A DNA stretch of 64,000 nucleotides from Candidatus Aminicenantes bacterium (GCA_963702005.1 OY969696.1:576001-640000), one strand, 5' to 3'. Counted from the stretch's first letter, positions 1 to 9,749 are shown. Program-made: numbers and translations. The notes: generated by a model not told the origin, from the letters alone.

Positions 1-547
1 TTTTCAGGTTGTAGGCGATGGCCTCGGCCTGACCCCGCTCTTCGGCGCCGATGCCGGGGTCGGCGCCGGGGGTGTCGATCAGGGTGATGACCGGGAAGCC
101 GAACTTCTCGGCCAGCTTCATGATCCGCAGCGACTTTCGGTAGCCCTCGGGATTGGGCTCGCCGAAGTTGCGCTCGATGCGGGTCTTGGTCGTCCGGCCT
201 TTCTGGTGGCCGATGAAGGCCGCCGTCCTCCCCTTATAGAAGCCGAAGCCGGACACGATGGCCGGGTCGTCCTTAAAGCGGCGATCCCCGTGGAGCTCGA
301 TGAAGTCCTGGGACAGGGCTTGGATATAATCCAGCGTGTAGGGCCGCTTGGGATGGCGGGCGATCTGGACGATATGGAGAGGCGTCAGCTGGGAAGCGAT
401 CTTGGACCACTCCAGCTCGATCTCCTGCCGGAGGACCGCGATTTTTTCCTTCTTGCGGGGGTCTTCGCCCGCTTGGAGCTCGTCGATCTGGTCCTTAAGG
501 GCGGTAATCGGCTTCTCCAGCTGATAAAAATCTTCGTGATTGACCAT
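1..547 (-). CDS. accA: Acetyl-CoA carboxylase carboxyltransferase alpha subunit (5' part; runs off the window)
   Basis: Manual minus-strand translation from ATG 547: [14 protein letters not shown]...[57 protein letters not shown]. Confidence 0.93.
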   Translation of the reverse strand, partial: MVNHEDFYQLEKPITALKDQIDELQAGEDPRKKEKIAVLRQEIELEWSKIASQLTPLHIVQIARHPKRPYTLDYIQALSQDFIELHGDRRFKDDPAIVSGFGFYKGRTAAFIGHQKGRTTKTRIERNFGEPNPEGYRKSLRIMKLAEKFGFPVITLIDTPGADPGIGAEERGQAEAIAYNLK

Positions 548-620
548 GGGTACCCTTTTCAGGTCAGGCTTATTACCCGCTTATTCTAAGGGCTTGAGCG
601 AATCCCTGTCAAGCCGAGTG

Positions 621-707
621 GAATTCTGGGGACACACGACTTAATTCCGGCCGTCTGCCTTTTCTACAGAAACTGCTTGAGAATTAAGTCGTGTGTCCCC
701 AGAATTC
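621..707. repeat. REP-like inverted repeat pair, family A
   Basis: GAATTCTGGGGACACACGACTTAATTC (621-647) and its exact reverse complement (681-707), 33-bp spacer. Confidence 0.9.
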
Positions 708-1378
708 CGGAGAACTCTGAGGCTCTGGGCCGGGATCAGCAAGCTCAGGAGGTTTCCATCGCCGTCGGTTTCGAGCTCGACTCGGACGCCCGCCATGGCT
801 AGCGCTAAACGGCAAGGGCTTCCTTCCACGGGCTCCACGGTCAGGGGGATTTCCATCTGAGGGATGATGTAGGCCGAGCATTCTATTTTTTCGGCGAGGG
901 CGCAGCGGAATTTCTTGGCCAGGACGATATAAGGGGAAAACAAGGGGTTGGGGAGGAGGAATGCGTCGCGGCGGACTTGGGCTTCAACCCGGCTCTCGCG
1001 ACCCGAGACAATCAGGATATTGTCCGCCTTGCCCTCCGACAGGGAGCTGGTGACCTCTTGGCTGAGCCCGCCGATCGTGCCCTTGAAAATGTAAGAATAG
1101 GGAATAAAGCTCCTGTTCAAGTGAAGGGTCAGCCGCTCGACCTCGAGATCCAGGGGCTTGGTCATTCGGCCCGTAACGTCCAGGGAATAGCCGAACTCGT
1201 CTTCCGACCAAGAATAGTCCTCGAAGCCGACCATCTCCTCACGGAAATAAACCGATAATCGGCCTCGTTCGGCGGAGGAGAGGCCCGGCCTTGACTGCGA
1301 ATCCATCCGGGAGGGCACTTTCGGGACGGCCAGGACGGAGAGGAGAACGACGGCGATGGAGCCCCGGATAAGGTTCAT
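641..1378 (-). CDS. Hypothetical exported protein; C-terminus is encoded by repeat A
   Basis: 245-aa ORF, N-terminal hydrophobic signal-like segment, immediately downstream of rlmB. Confidence 0.7.
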   Translation of the reverse strand: MNLIRGSIAVVLLSVLAVPKVPSRMDSQSRPGLSSAERGRLSVYFREEMVGFEDYSWSEDEFGYSLDVTGRMTKPLDLEVERLTLHLNRSFIPYSYIFKGTIGGLSQEVTSSLSEGKADNILIVSGRESRVEAQVRRDAFLLPNPLFSPYIVLAKKFRCALAEKIECSAYIIPQMEIPLTVEPVEGSPCRLALAMAGVRVELETDGDGNLLSLLIPAQSLRVLRNSGDTRLNSQAVSVEKADGRN

Positions 1379-1385
1379 GGTGGCA

Positions 1386-2150
1386 TTATTCCTTCCTGTC
1401 AGCGGGCTTTCTTTCCCTCTCGCCGGCCTTGGCGGCCCGGGACCTCTGGCGGGAGACCTCGAATAGAAAAACGGACGCGGCCGAGGCGACGTTGAGAGAG
1501 CCGAGAGAGCCGGCCAACGGAATGGAAAGGATTTTATCGCACTTCTTCCGGATCAGAGGCCGGAGTCCTTTGCCCTCGGAGCCGAAGACGAGGCCGACGG
1601 GCTCGGTGTAGTCGAATTCATACCAGAGTTCCGGACTTCCGCCTTCGGCCCCGACCAGCCAGATCCCCCTTTCCTTGAGGTCGTCCATGGCGCGGGCTAA
1701 GTTGGGAACCCGGGCGACCCGAATATGTTCGAGCCCTCCGGCCGAAACCGTTTGGACGGTGTCGGTGAGCCCCGCCGAGCGCCGTTCGGGCAGGAGGATT
1801 CCGTCCGCCCCGGCGCCGGCGGCGCTCCGGACCAGGGCGCCCAGGTTCTGGGGGTCCTCGACTTCGTCCAGCAGGACGAGAAAGGGCCGCCGCGAGGAGG
1901 CCAGGATATCCTCAAGGGAGGAAAATTCTTTAGCGCCCAGGAAGGCCGTCACGCCTTGGTGGTCCGGGCTCAGCCTATCCAGGGTGGCCTTGGGCACGAA
2001 CGAATAAGGGATGCGGGCGGCCTTGGCCAGGCGGATAATCTCGCCGATTCCATGGTGTCCGCTCTCTTTTTGGATGAGAAGCTTATGGACCCGGCGCGGC
2101 GCGATGCGGAGCGTCTCGCACAGGGGGTTGACGCGCGAGATTTTGTCCAT
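1386..2150 (-). CDS. rlmB: 23S rRNA (G2251-2'-O)-methyltransferase, TrmH/SpoU family
   Basis: HQGV, LLDEVEDPQNLGALVRSA, VFGSEGKGL, SLNVASAA motifs. Confidence 0.9.
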   Translation of the reverse strand: MDKISRVNPLCETLRIAPRRVHKLLIQKESGHHGIGEIIRLAKAARIPYSFVPKATLDRLSPDHQGVTAFLGAKEFSSLEDILASSRRPFLVLLDEVEDPQNLGALVRSAAGAGADGILLPERRSAGLTDTVQTVSAGGLEHIRVARVPNLARAMDDLKERGIWLVGAEGGSPELWYEFDYTEPVGLVFGSEGKGLRPLIRKKCDKILSIPLAGSLGSLNVASAASVFLFEVSRQRSRAAKAGERERKPADRKE

Positions 2151-2187
2151 GCGATTCCGCCTATCGTCGGCCGGCGCCCGCGGAGCG

Positions 2188-2230
2188 AAAATAAAAGGGG
2201 GAGAGCCTTCGTTCGGGAGGGATCTCCCCT
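2188..2230 (-). terminator. Probable intrinsic terminator after the DUF4412-like gene
   Basis: AGGGGAGA...TCTCCCCT stem followed on the minus strand by TTTTATTTT. Confidence 0.55.
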
Positions 2231-2252
2231 CGGACTTGCGACAGGGCGGCGC

Positions 2253-2984
2253 TCAGCGCTTCTGCATCTGCTGCATCGTGTACCGTTCCATCTTCTTGTA
2301 ACCGGCGGGAACGGCGAAGACCGATGCCGGGGGAGTCTTCTTGCCGATCTCGACGACCTCGGTGGTGGCATGAATCTTGGCCCCCATCATCTCGGCCGAG
2401 GTCTCGCTCGCGATCCAGAATCCCTTGATCTTCATCATTTCCTTGACGGCGGCGTCGTCGAGCTGGAACTGGGCTTTGAGGACGTTGCCGTAGATCTTCT
2501 CCGTGAACTTGGCCAGGTCGAAGGGGACATCGGTCGTAACCCAGACTTGGATCTTCATCGGCATCATCATCATGTTCATGGCGACGTTGTAACCGGTGCA
2601 GGCCCAGGAGCCGACCGTTTTGGTCTGGTTGGTCGGGGTCACGGCCACGGTCATCTTCATCATGGCCTGGGCCATGCCCGCCATTTCGGCCGGCATGATC
2701 TTGGAGAGGTCGAGCGGGAGGGGCGTCTCGATGTAGGTCTTTTCCTTGTGGTTGATCATGACCATGACGTTCTTCTTGAGGTCGATGAGCGAGGTCGTCG
2801 CCTCTGTGACCGTGGCGAACACGTCGTCCCCGATCCACTGCTCGGAAACGGTATCCGTGCCCGGCTGGGATTGGCCCATAAAGCTGACCGGGTCGGTGTG
2901 GATCTTGGACTTGACGTAAATGTCGGCATTGGCCGCGACGGCGATGGCAAGAATACAGATGAGGACGATCGTGAACCTTTTCAT
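2253..2984 (-). CDS. Exported DUF4412-like protein
   Basis: Signal peptide, 'INHKEKTY', 'KTVGSWACTGY', 'FAVPAGYKK' patterns; AGGAGG RBS. Confidence 0.7.
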   Translation of the reverse strand: MKRFTIVLICILAIAVAANADIYVKSKIHTDPVSFMGQSQPGTDTVSEQWIGDDVFATVTEATTSLIDLKKNVMVMINHKEKTYIETPLPLDLSKIMPAEMAGMAQAMMKMTVAVTPTNQTKTVGSWACTGYNVAMNMMMMPMKIQVWVTTDVPFDLAKFTEKIYGNVLKAQFQLDDAAVKEMMKIKGFWIASETSAEMMGAKIHATTEVVEIGKKTPPASVFAVPAGYKKMERYTMQQMQKR

Positions 2985-3083
2985 GAAACCTCCTTGTTTC
3001 CTCTTTTGAGATCCATCTTAACCGTCTATTATACCAGAATTCGGCCGGCGGAAATCCATTTTTCCGTGGCGCCCGGCTTAGGC

Positions 3084-3542
3084 TTAGAGGACGCAATAGA
3101 CCAGGATCTCGGCGATGAGGGCGGGTTTTTTCTCTCCCTCGACCTCGATCGTGTTCTCGATCGCGGCCAGCAGGCGCCGGAAACCCTTTTTTTCGATGCT
3201 CTTGAGGACGGCCCGGTTCCGAACGCGGGCGCCGGCGCGGACGGGCGTGATGAATCGGACGCGGTTGAGGCCGTAGTTGAAAACATACTTGAATTCCAGT
3301 CCGGCGATTTCGCTCTTCATGTTGAAATAGGGCAGCAGGGAGAGAAGAAGGAATCCGTGGGCGACCGTCCCACCCAGGGGGCCTTTCCGGGCCCGCCCCT
3401 CGTCGACGTGGATCCACTGCCGGTCCTCGGTGCACTCGGCAAAGGCGTTGATCCGCTCCTGACCGATCGTCAACCAGTCCGAAAGGACGATCTGACGGCC
3501 GAGGTATTCCTTGATTTTTGCGGCGGGTCCGCGTCCGAACAT
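3084..3542 (-). CDS. MaoC-family dehydratase
   Basis: FAECTEDRQWIHVD, GTVAHGFLLLSL, YGLNRVRFITPV. Confidence 0.88.
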   Translation of the reverse strand: MFGRGPAAKIKEYLGRQIVLSDWLTIGQERINAFAECTEDRQWIHVDEGRARKGPLGGTVAHGFLLLSLLPYFNMKSEIAGLEFKYVFNYGLNRVRFITPVRAGARVRNRAVLKSIEKKGFRRLLAAIENTIEVEGEKKPALIAEILVYCVL

Positions 3543-3636
3543 GGCTTCCTCCCTTGCGCCCCTACATTAGCGCCGTCGTCCAGGAACGTCAAGGAAAAGA
3601 TCGCCGTGGCCGGCGCGCCGCATTTCATCTAAAATA

Positions 3637-5607
3637 GTGGATATGACGGGACGCGAAAAAATAAATCGGCCGGCCGTTATCAGGCTTGCGACGGCGCTCC
3701 TCTTCTTGTCGGCCGCAACCTTGGTTAGGGCCTATCAGGCCCCCCAGGTTGCCCCGGCCGCGGAGCGTTGGTACCTCGTCCGGATCGGGGGCCAAGACGT
3801 GGGCTATGTCCGCGAAACGACGGCCGCCAAGCCCGGCGGTCCCGGCGGCGGAGACATCGTGCTCGTCGGCACGTCGGAGATGACGATCGTCCTCAACCGC
3901 CTCGGGGCCAAGGTCGAGATGGCCGTTCGGTCCGACTTCGAAGAGACTCGCTCCGGCCTGCTGCGGCGGCTCACGTTCGACCTTAAGGCTTCGGTCCTGA
4001 CCATGAGAACGGAGGTTGAGGTCAAGGACGGCCTCCTCGAGGTCAAGAGCGGAGCGGCCGGAAAAGCGTTCGTCCGAACCCTCCCGTTCGCGGGGGAGCT
4101 CCTCGGACCCGAAGGCGTCCGGACCAGAACCCGGGATGGGCTGCGAACTCCGGGCGATACGGTCGAGTACCGAACCTTCGAGCCGTCGCTGGGCAAGATC
4201 GTCGCGGCCGTCCGCGTCCTCATCGGCCGGGAAAACTTGGAGCTCGAAGGCAAGGGCGTCCCCTCGCTCAAGGTCGAGGAGACGAGCGACGCCCAGCCCG
4301 TCAAGCGGACCTTCTGGCTCGGCGAGGACGGCAAGATCCTCAGGGACGAGGAGCCCGGGCCGTTCGGTTTGACCGAGGTCGTCCGCGTCGACCGGGAGAA
4401 GGCTTTAGCCGCTTCGGCGGGCGGCGAGCTCCCGGCCGAGGCCTATGAGCGGACCTTGCTCAAGACCGGCGTCCGCCTGCCGCGGCCGCGCGAGACCGAA
4501 TATCTCAAGATCCGCCTCATCCATCGCCGGCCCGAGCTCGGCTGGCCCGATATCCCGGGCTCGAATCAAAAAGTCGTCGCCAAGACCGAGACGACGCTCG
4601 ACCTCGAAGTCCGCCGATCGGCGCCGCTCCGTTCCAGCCCTCTCCCCCTTCCCGAGACGGCGGAAGGGCGGGCGTTTCTCGAACCGAACGCCTACCTTCA
4701 ATCGGACGACGCGGAGCTCGGCGCCCTGGCCGCCTCCATTGTCGGACCCGAGAAGGACGCCTGGCGGGCCGCGCTGAAGCTGAGGCGTTGGGTGTCCGAT
4801 AACATGACCTTCGACCTCGGGATCGCCTTCGCCCCCTCCGCCGAAATCCTTAAGAACCGGCGCGGGACCTGCGTCGGCTACGCGACGATCCTGGCGACGC
4901 TGGCTCGCGCGGCCGGCATCCCCGCGCGGTTCGTCATGGGCTACGCCTATGCGCTGGGGATGTTCGGCGGCCACGCCTGGACCGAGGTCCTGATCGGCGG
5001 CGACTGGATCGCGCTCGACGCCGCCATACCCAGCGGGGGCGCGGCAGACGCAGCTCGCTTCCAGCTCGTTTCCTCATCGCTGGCCGATGGCGCGGGAGCG
5101 TTGGCCGGCGGCGCCCAGCAGGTCATGGGTTATATCGACGTCCAGGTCCTGGCCTACCGGGTCGAAGGGGGAAAAACAATCCCGGTCCCGGACGGCGCCA
5201 AGCCCTATACGATCAATGGCGATGCCTATATCAATCCCTGGCTGGGGTTGGAAGTCCGCAAGCCCCAAGGCTTCGTATTCGGCCGGCTCGACGAGGTCTG
5301 GCCGTCCACGCTGCTCGTCGAAATGAAGTCCCCGGACGGAAGGCGCGTCGAGCTCCACGAGGTCCCCATCGATCCCTGGGAGAAGCCCGACGAAGCGGCT
5401 TGGAAAGTCATGGGTAAGATGGATATCGAAGGGGCGCGGCGGACGGAGAGGACGGGGGGCCGCGTTGTCTACGAGATCTCCGGCGCGGCGAAAGCCGCTT
5501 ACGCGATCCCCGAGGCGGGCGAGGTCTGGGTTTTTATCGCTGATGGCAGAAACTCTACGGCAGAGCTCGTTAACATCGTCCAAAGCTTTCTCATCAGTCC
5601 GCAATAG
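3637..5607 (+). CDS. Exported transglutaminase-like cysteine protease domain protein
   Basis: Signal peptide; GTCVGYA...ARAAGIPAR...HAWTEV...WIALDA (Cys-His-Asp triad). Confidence 0.85.
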   Translation: MDMTGREKINRPAVIRLATALLFLSAATLVRAYQAPQVAPAAERWYLVRIGGQDVGYVRETTAAKPGGPGGGDIVLVGTSEMTIVLNRLGAKVEMAVRSDFEETRSGLLRRLTFDLKASVLTMRTEVEVKDGLLEVKSGAAGKAFVRTLPFAGELLGPEGVRTRTRDGLRTPGDTVEYRTFEPSLGKIVAAVRVLIGRENLELEGKGVPSLKVEETSDAQPVKRTFWLGEDGKILRDEEPGPFGLTEVVRVDREKALAASAGGELPAEAYERTLLKTGVRLPRPRETEYLKIRLIHRRPELGWPDIPGSNQKVVAKTETTLDLEVRRSAPLRSSPLPLPETAEGRAFLEPNAYLQSDDAELGALAASIVGPEKDAWRAALKLRRWVSDNMTFDLGIAFAPSAEILKNRRGTCVGYATILATLARAAGIPARFVMGYAYALGMFGGHAWTEVLIGGDWIALDAAIPSGGAADAARFQLVSSSLADGAGALAGGAQQVMGYIDVQVLAYRVEGGKTIPVPDGAKPYTINGDAYINPWLGLEVRKPQGFVFGRLDEVWPSTLLVEMKSPDGRRVELHEVPIDPWEKPDEAAWKVMGKMDIEGARRTERTGGRVVYEISGAAKAAYAIPEAGEVWVFIADGRNSTAELVNIVQSFLISPQ

Positions 5608-5665
5608 CCCGTTTCGGCGGGCGGACATCGGCTTGTTGAAGGCGGTTTTGTAAGGAGGTTGGACC

Positions 5666-6037
5666 ATGAATGGACCGCTCTTGTATCTGGGGGCAGGGTT
5701 GACCGCCGTCTGGGGTATCGCCCATCTGTTTCCGACGGCGTGCGTCGTGAAGGGTTTCGGCGATATCAGCCGGGACAACCGGCGCATCATCATGATGGAA
5801 TGGATCGTTGAAAGCGTGTCCTTGATCTTGGTCGGCGCCCTCGTGGCCGCCGCGGCGTCCATCGATCCGGCGCAGGCCGTCTCGCAAGCCGTGTTCCTGA
5901 TTTCCGCGGGCGGCTTGCTGATTCTGGCCCTGGTCTCCCTGTTCACCGGCTTCAAGGTCAGGTTTATTCCCTTCAAGCTTTGCCCGCTGATCTTCACCGT
6001 TTCCGCCGTGCTCATTCTCGTCGGCGGAGTTCTTTGA
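5666..6037 (+). CDS. Small multi-pass membrane protein
   Basis: 123 aa, about 4 hydrophobic segments, AGGAGG RBS, stop overlaps the next ATG. Confidence 0.75.
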   Translation: MNGPLLYLGAGLTAVWGIAHLFPTACVVKGFGDISRDNRRIIMMEWIVESVSLILVGALVAAAASIDPAQAVSQAVFLISAGGLLILALVSLFTGFKVRFIPFKLCPLIFTVSAVLILVGGVL

Positions 6038-6684
6038 TGGACCTCTCTCTTCACCTCCGCAGCCTCGGCCTGCCCAAGAAATATGCCAAAGGAGTCTTCC
6101 TCTTCGGCTCCGGGGAAAAGGCCGAGGGGTTCTATTTCGTCCTGGCCGGCGAGATCAGGGCTTTCAGCATGGACGAGCAGGGCCGCGAGGTCGAGGTCGT
6201 CCGGCTCAAGCCCGGCGATTTCTTAGGAGAGGCGGTTGCGCTAGCGGGAGGGTCTTTTCCCATCTACGCCCAGGCCGTCCGGGATTCCCGGGTCCTCTAT
6301 TTCGACAGGCGGCGGGTTCTGTCCGGCCTGGATAGGGACCCAACGGCGGCCCGGTTCTTCATTGAGCTCCTGGCCGGCAAGTGCCTGATCCTCAACGAGC
6401 GCATCGAGGCGCTCGGGCTGCGCACGGTCCGGCAGAGGCTCGTCCAGTATTTGCTGGGCCGCTGTTCGGGAAAGGGCGCCTGCCTCGTCGAGTTGCCCAT
6501 CAAAAAATCCGAGCTGGCCCGGCTCCTGGGGACCGTTCCCGAGACGCTCTCGCGCAACCTCCGCCAGATGGAGACCGAGGGGCTGATCGAGGTCAAGGGG
6601 CTGCGGATCCGCGTCCTGGACTGCCTTAAATTTAAAGTCGAGCTCGTTAGGACCATTTCGCGTCCTTCGAATCCCATCGGCTGA
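6037..6684 (+). CDS. Crp/Fnr family transcriptional regulator
   Basis: cNMP-binding barrel (PGDFLGE) and HTH 'ELARLLGTVPETLSRNL'; start taken at the TGATG overlap. Confidence 0.9.
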   Translation: MDLSLHLRSLGLPKKYAKGVFLFGSGEKAEGFYFVLAGEIRAFSMDEQGREVEVVRLKPGDFLGEAVALAGGSFPIYAQAVRDSRVLYFDRRRVLSGLDRDPTAARFFIELLAGKCLILNERIEALGLRTVRQRLVQYLLGRCSGKGACLVELPIKKSELARLLGTVPETLSRNLRQMETEGLIEVKGLRIRVLDCLKFKVELVRTISRPSNPIG

Positions 6685-6693
6685 GCCTCCCGG

Positions 6694-6713
6694 TCCTTGA
6701 CCTAAGTCAAGGA
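6694..6713. promoter_or_regulatory. Fnr/Crp-type operator
   Basis: TCCTTGAC-CTAA-GTCAAGGA palindrome (TTGAC-N4-GTCAA) between the regulator and the Fe-S gene. Confidence 0.7.
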
Positions 6714-6774
6714 TTTTTCCAAGCCCTTCGATTATCCTGGCCATGGACCCGAAATGACGACAAGGAGACTCGAC

Positions 6775-7548
6775 ATGGCCAAGAGAAAAATCATCGAAAT
6801 CAACCGGGACCTTTGCGACGGCTGCGGACTGTGCACGACGGCCTGCGCCGAGGGCGCCCTCGAGCTCGATGCGGAGAATAAGGCCGTCCTGGTCAAGGAG
6901 ATCTTCTGCGACGGCCTGGGCGCCTGCCTCGACGTCTGCCCGACCGGAGCCCTCAAGGTCATAGAGCGGGATAGCGCGGATTATGACGCCCAGGCGGCTT
7001 ATAAACACGTCCTTAAAACCCGCGGCAAGGAGGCGGCCGCAGAAGTTCATGGAATCGCCAAGGACCATGGACATCAGCCTAATGCGGCCGCCCCCCTTGC
7101 CTGCGGCTGTCCGGGGAGCCTCGCCCGCGAGATCAAGCCCGCCGGCGCGCGAGCCAAGGACGGGCGGACCGTTTCCGGCGCGTCCGAGCTCAGCCAGTGG
7201 CCCATCCAGCTGCATCTGATCTCGCCGGTCGCCCCCTATTTCAAGGAGAGCGACCTCCTCATCGCGGCCGACTGCACGGCTTTCGCGCTGGGGAGCTTTC
7301 ATCCCGACCTCCTCAAGGGAAAGAAGCTCGTCATCGCCTGCCCCAAGCTCGATGAGACCGGCGGCTATGTCGAGAAGCTGGCCGAGCTCATCCGCCTCAA
7401 CGACCTCAAGTCGCTGACGGTGGCCATCATGTCCGTTCCCTGCTGTTCGGGGCTTTACAGGATGGTTCAGACGGCGGTCGAGGAGTCGGGGGTCGACATC
7501 CCCATCGCCAAGATCGTCGTCGGAATCGACGGCCAGATCGCCGCCTGA
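6775..7548 (+). CDS. 4Fe-4S dicluster ferredoxin-domain protein
   Basis: CDGCGLCTTAC, CDGLGACLDVCP, CGCPGS, ADC, CPKLD, VPCC. Confidence 0.88.
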   Translation: MAKRKIIEINRDLCDGCGLCTTACAEGALELDAENKAVLVKEIFCDGLGACLDVCPTGALKVIERDSADYDAQAAYKHVLKTRGKEAAAEVHGIAKDHGHQPNAAAPLACGCPGSLAREIKPAGARAKDGRTVSGASELSQWPIQLHLISPVAPYFKESDLLIAADCTAFALGSFHPDLLKGKKLVIACPKLDETGGYVEKLAELIRLNDLKSLTVAIMSVPCCSGLYRMVQTAVEESGVDIPIAKIVVGIDGQIAA

Positions 7549-7564
7549 GACGTTGATTCTGCCG

Positions 7565-8200
7565 CTATATCGACATCGCGATTAATATCTGAGCCGCGAA
7601 ATATGTCCCGAGCGTCAGGAGTTGTCCGAACCGGCGTTTTCTCACAAACCTGTTGACGGCGAGCGAGGTGTCCGAGACGAGGAAGAGCGCGGCGCCGGAA
7701 AGAGCCAATAAAGCCCCGCCATCTCTGGCCTGAAAATAGCGGTTTGCGGCGAGCGCGGCCATGGCCGTGATGACGAGAATGTAAACGGCGACCGGGATTT
7801 TCATCTTTCCCAAGTGGGGCGAAAGGACGGCGAAAGCGACGGCGGCGAACGCCAACAGAAATAGAAGCGGCAAGACGGGAGGACGGAGCGCGACGCCGGA
7901 CAGAAACGCTGCCGCGTAGAAAACATGGGCGATCAGGAAACAGACCAGCCCTTCGATAAAGCGTTTTTTCTTGAGCATGAGAAAGATGTCGCCCGCGAGA
8001 GATAAAACAAGCCCGGCCAGGATCAGCCGGCCGTAGAGGGGCCTTTCGAGTATATATCCGATAAACGCGACATCTATGATGGCCGCCATCGTCAGAGGCT
8101 TGAAGACATAAACGAGCCCATAGCGGCCCCGATAATCGGCCAGGATGGTCAAGCCTCCCGATATCGAGGCCGCAATTAGGAGCAAGGGAATGAGCGTCAT
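7565..8200 (-). CDS. YhhN/lysoplasmalogenase family membrane protein
   Basis: FKPL, SLAGDIFL, FLIAHVFY, FLVSD, TYFAAQ. Confidence 0.85.
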   Translation of the reverse strand: MTLIPLLLIAASISGGLTILADYRGRYGLVYVFKPLTMAAIIDVAFIGYILERPLYGRLILAGLVLSLAGDIFLMLKKKRFIEGLVCFLIAHVFYAAAFLSGVALRPPVLPLLFLLAFAAVAFAVLSPHLGKMKIPVAVYILVITAMAALAANRYFQARDGGALLALSGAALFLVSDTSLAVNRFVRKRRFGQLLTLGTYFAAQILIAMSI

Positions 8201-9021
8201 CCGGCCGCCTTTTTTTCCCGTTTGAGCCTTTCCCGCGCCTCGGCGAACATGGGCTCGGCGTAGCTCGAGTGCCAGGTCCGCTCCTCCCAGGATCGTTTCT
8301 CGACCATCTTCAGGAAACCCTCAAATTCGCCGAAATAGGATCCGTAGATATGGAAGCTGTCGACGAGGTCCGCGTAGCGGCCGACCCGGACCGGCCGGCC
8401 GATTCTCTCCGCGATCCGGGCCGCGATCAGGCGTTGAAGGTCGGTCAGCGCGAAGACGTTCATATAGGCGGCCTTATAGGCGTCGCGGGAGCGCCAATGG
8501 CAATTCATGTTGAGGACCGGCTCGCCCTTCTCGTCGGGAAGGATCCTGCACCAGATCCGCTGGAGGCAGGGCGGGTCGTAGGTCGGCGGATCGAGCTTCG
8601 GGTTCCAGGTGATGGCCTGAGCCCGGCGCGTGTGGCCCGTTTGGGCGAGTTTGTCGATGATAGCGTTAATTTGGTTGATGGTCGCGCCCTCGATATCATA
8701 GGCGAACAGCCGTTTGTGGTAGGTATAGGTCCACTTGCCTTCCTCGGGCGCGATCCAGTGGTCGTGGACGCCCTCGACGACTTCCTGTCTGTAAACTTCC
8801 AGGTCTTCAAGGCCTCCGGGGAAAGCGCGGTGGATGCGGGGCTCGGCGAAGGGGTCCTCGGCAACCCAGAGCATCGTGCAATCCCGGCTGGGGGGATCTC
8901 CGGGCTTGTCGTATTCGGTCGGGACCGCGGTGCCTTGGTTCCAGCAGGCGAGGACCGCTTTTTCCCAAGCTTCGGGCAGGGTTTTGCCTTGGACATACAG
9001 GATCGGGATGTTGCCGTTCAT
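8197..9021 (-). CDS. Thymidylate synthase family protein (archaeal-like short type)
   Basis: TRRAQAITW, PPCLQ (catalytic Cys), WRSRD...N, SFHIY. Confidence 0.8.
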   Translation of the reverse strand: MNGNIPILYVQGKTLPEAWEKAVLACWNQGTAVPTEYDKPGDPPSRDCTMLWVAEDPFAEPRIHRAFPGGLEDLEVYRQEVVEGVHDHWIAPEEGKWTYTYHKRLFAYDIEGATINQINAIIDKLAQTGHTRRAQAITWNPKLDPPTYDPPCLQRIWCRILPDEKGEPVLNMNCHWRSRDAYKAAYMNVFALTDLQRLIAARIAERIGRPVRVGRYADLVDSFHIYGSYFGEFEGFLKMVEKRSWEERTWHSSYAEPMFAEARERLKREKKAAG

Positions 9022-9128
9022 GCGCGCCTCGCTTTCATGACGGGGGCCGCTCCTTTCTTATCACATGCCTCCGCCCCGGTCAACGCGAGGCGGGATGGAA
9101 TGAGATGATTTCGGGGATTGACCCAAAA

Positions 9129-9204
9129 TTGCCGACAGAAGTCGGCAAGGAATTCCGGGACATGAACCGAATTTCTTAATTCGGTATCGTGTCCCAGGAA
9201 TTCC
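9129..9204. repeat. Hairpin plus divergent family-A REP-like inverted repeat
   Basis: TTGCCGAC-AGAA-GTCGGCAA, then GGAATTCCGGGACATGAACCGAATT...AATTCGGTATCGTGTCCCAGGAATTCC. Confidence 0.65.
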
Positions 9205-9222
9205 GGATGTCACCCGGCGCGC

Positions 9223-9485
9223 TTATTTGAGATGAAACCTGAAGCTGATGACGAAATTCAACTTAAAATACCCCAACCCATCCGGCTGTCGACCTCGACG
9301 TCGCCTTTTCGGATTGTCGTGACGTTCCTTGAATAAGTGCCTTGAAAGCTGTTGAAGGGCAGGGCTAATCCAACATAGAACGTGCCGCCTTTGCGCACCG
9401 GCTCTTGCGCGAGTGCCGGCGCGGTGGTCAGGATCAGTATGCCGATGACTGAAAGAAGGATTTTCTTGGATGATTGTCTTTTCAA
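9223..9485 (-). pseudogene. Internally deleted outer-membrane barrel-like gene
   Basis: GGAGG RBS and TTG start, signal peptide ending ALAQ, early stop; a barrel-like C-terminal strand (NFVISFRFHLK*) lies in another frame. Confidence 0.5.
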
Positions 9486-9749
9486 CTCGTGACCTCCTTC
9501 GTCCAATATGCCGATGGAAAATATAGCCGACGATACTGGAATATTTATATAAAACGACGTAAGCATCTGTCAAATGATTAAACCAACCTGGTATTGACAG
9601 CTTCGCCTTACTGCGAATATATTATTTTTTAGAAGGGGTTTGAGGTGTTTTTCGGAGCTGCCTTTATTCTTGAATCTTTAAACTACCTTAGTTGAATTTG
9701 GAGGACTGATTATGTGCTTATTTTTACGCTATATAATTTGAGAGCAGAA

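Noticed and set aside
1725-3632. Long antisense or overlapping ORFs (also 35469-37283, 41117-42799, 55050-57005, 57894-59615, 60866-62524)
   Set aside because: Shadow frames of well-supported genes, as expected from GC-rich codon usage; no recognisable motifs.
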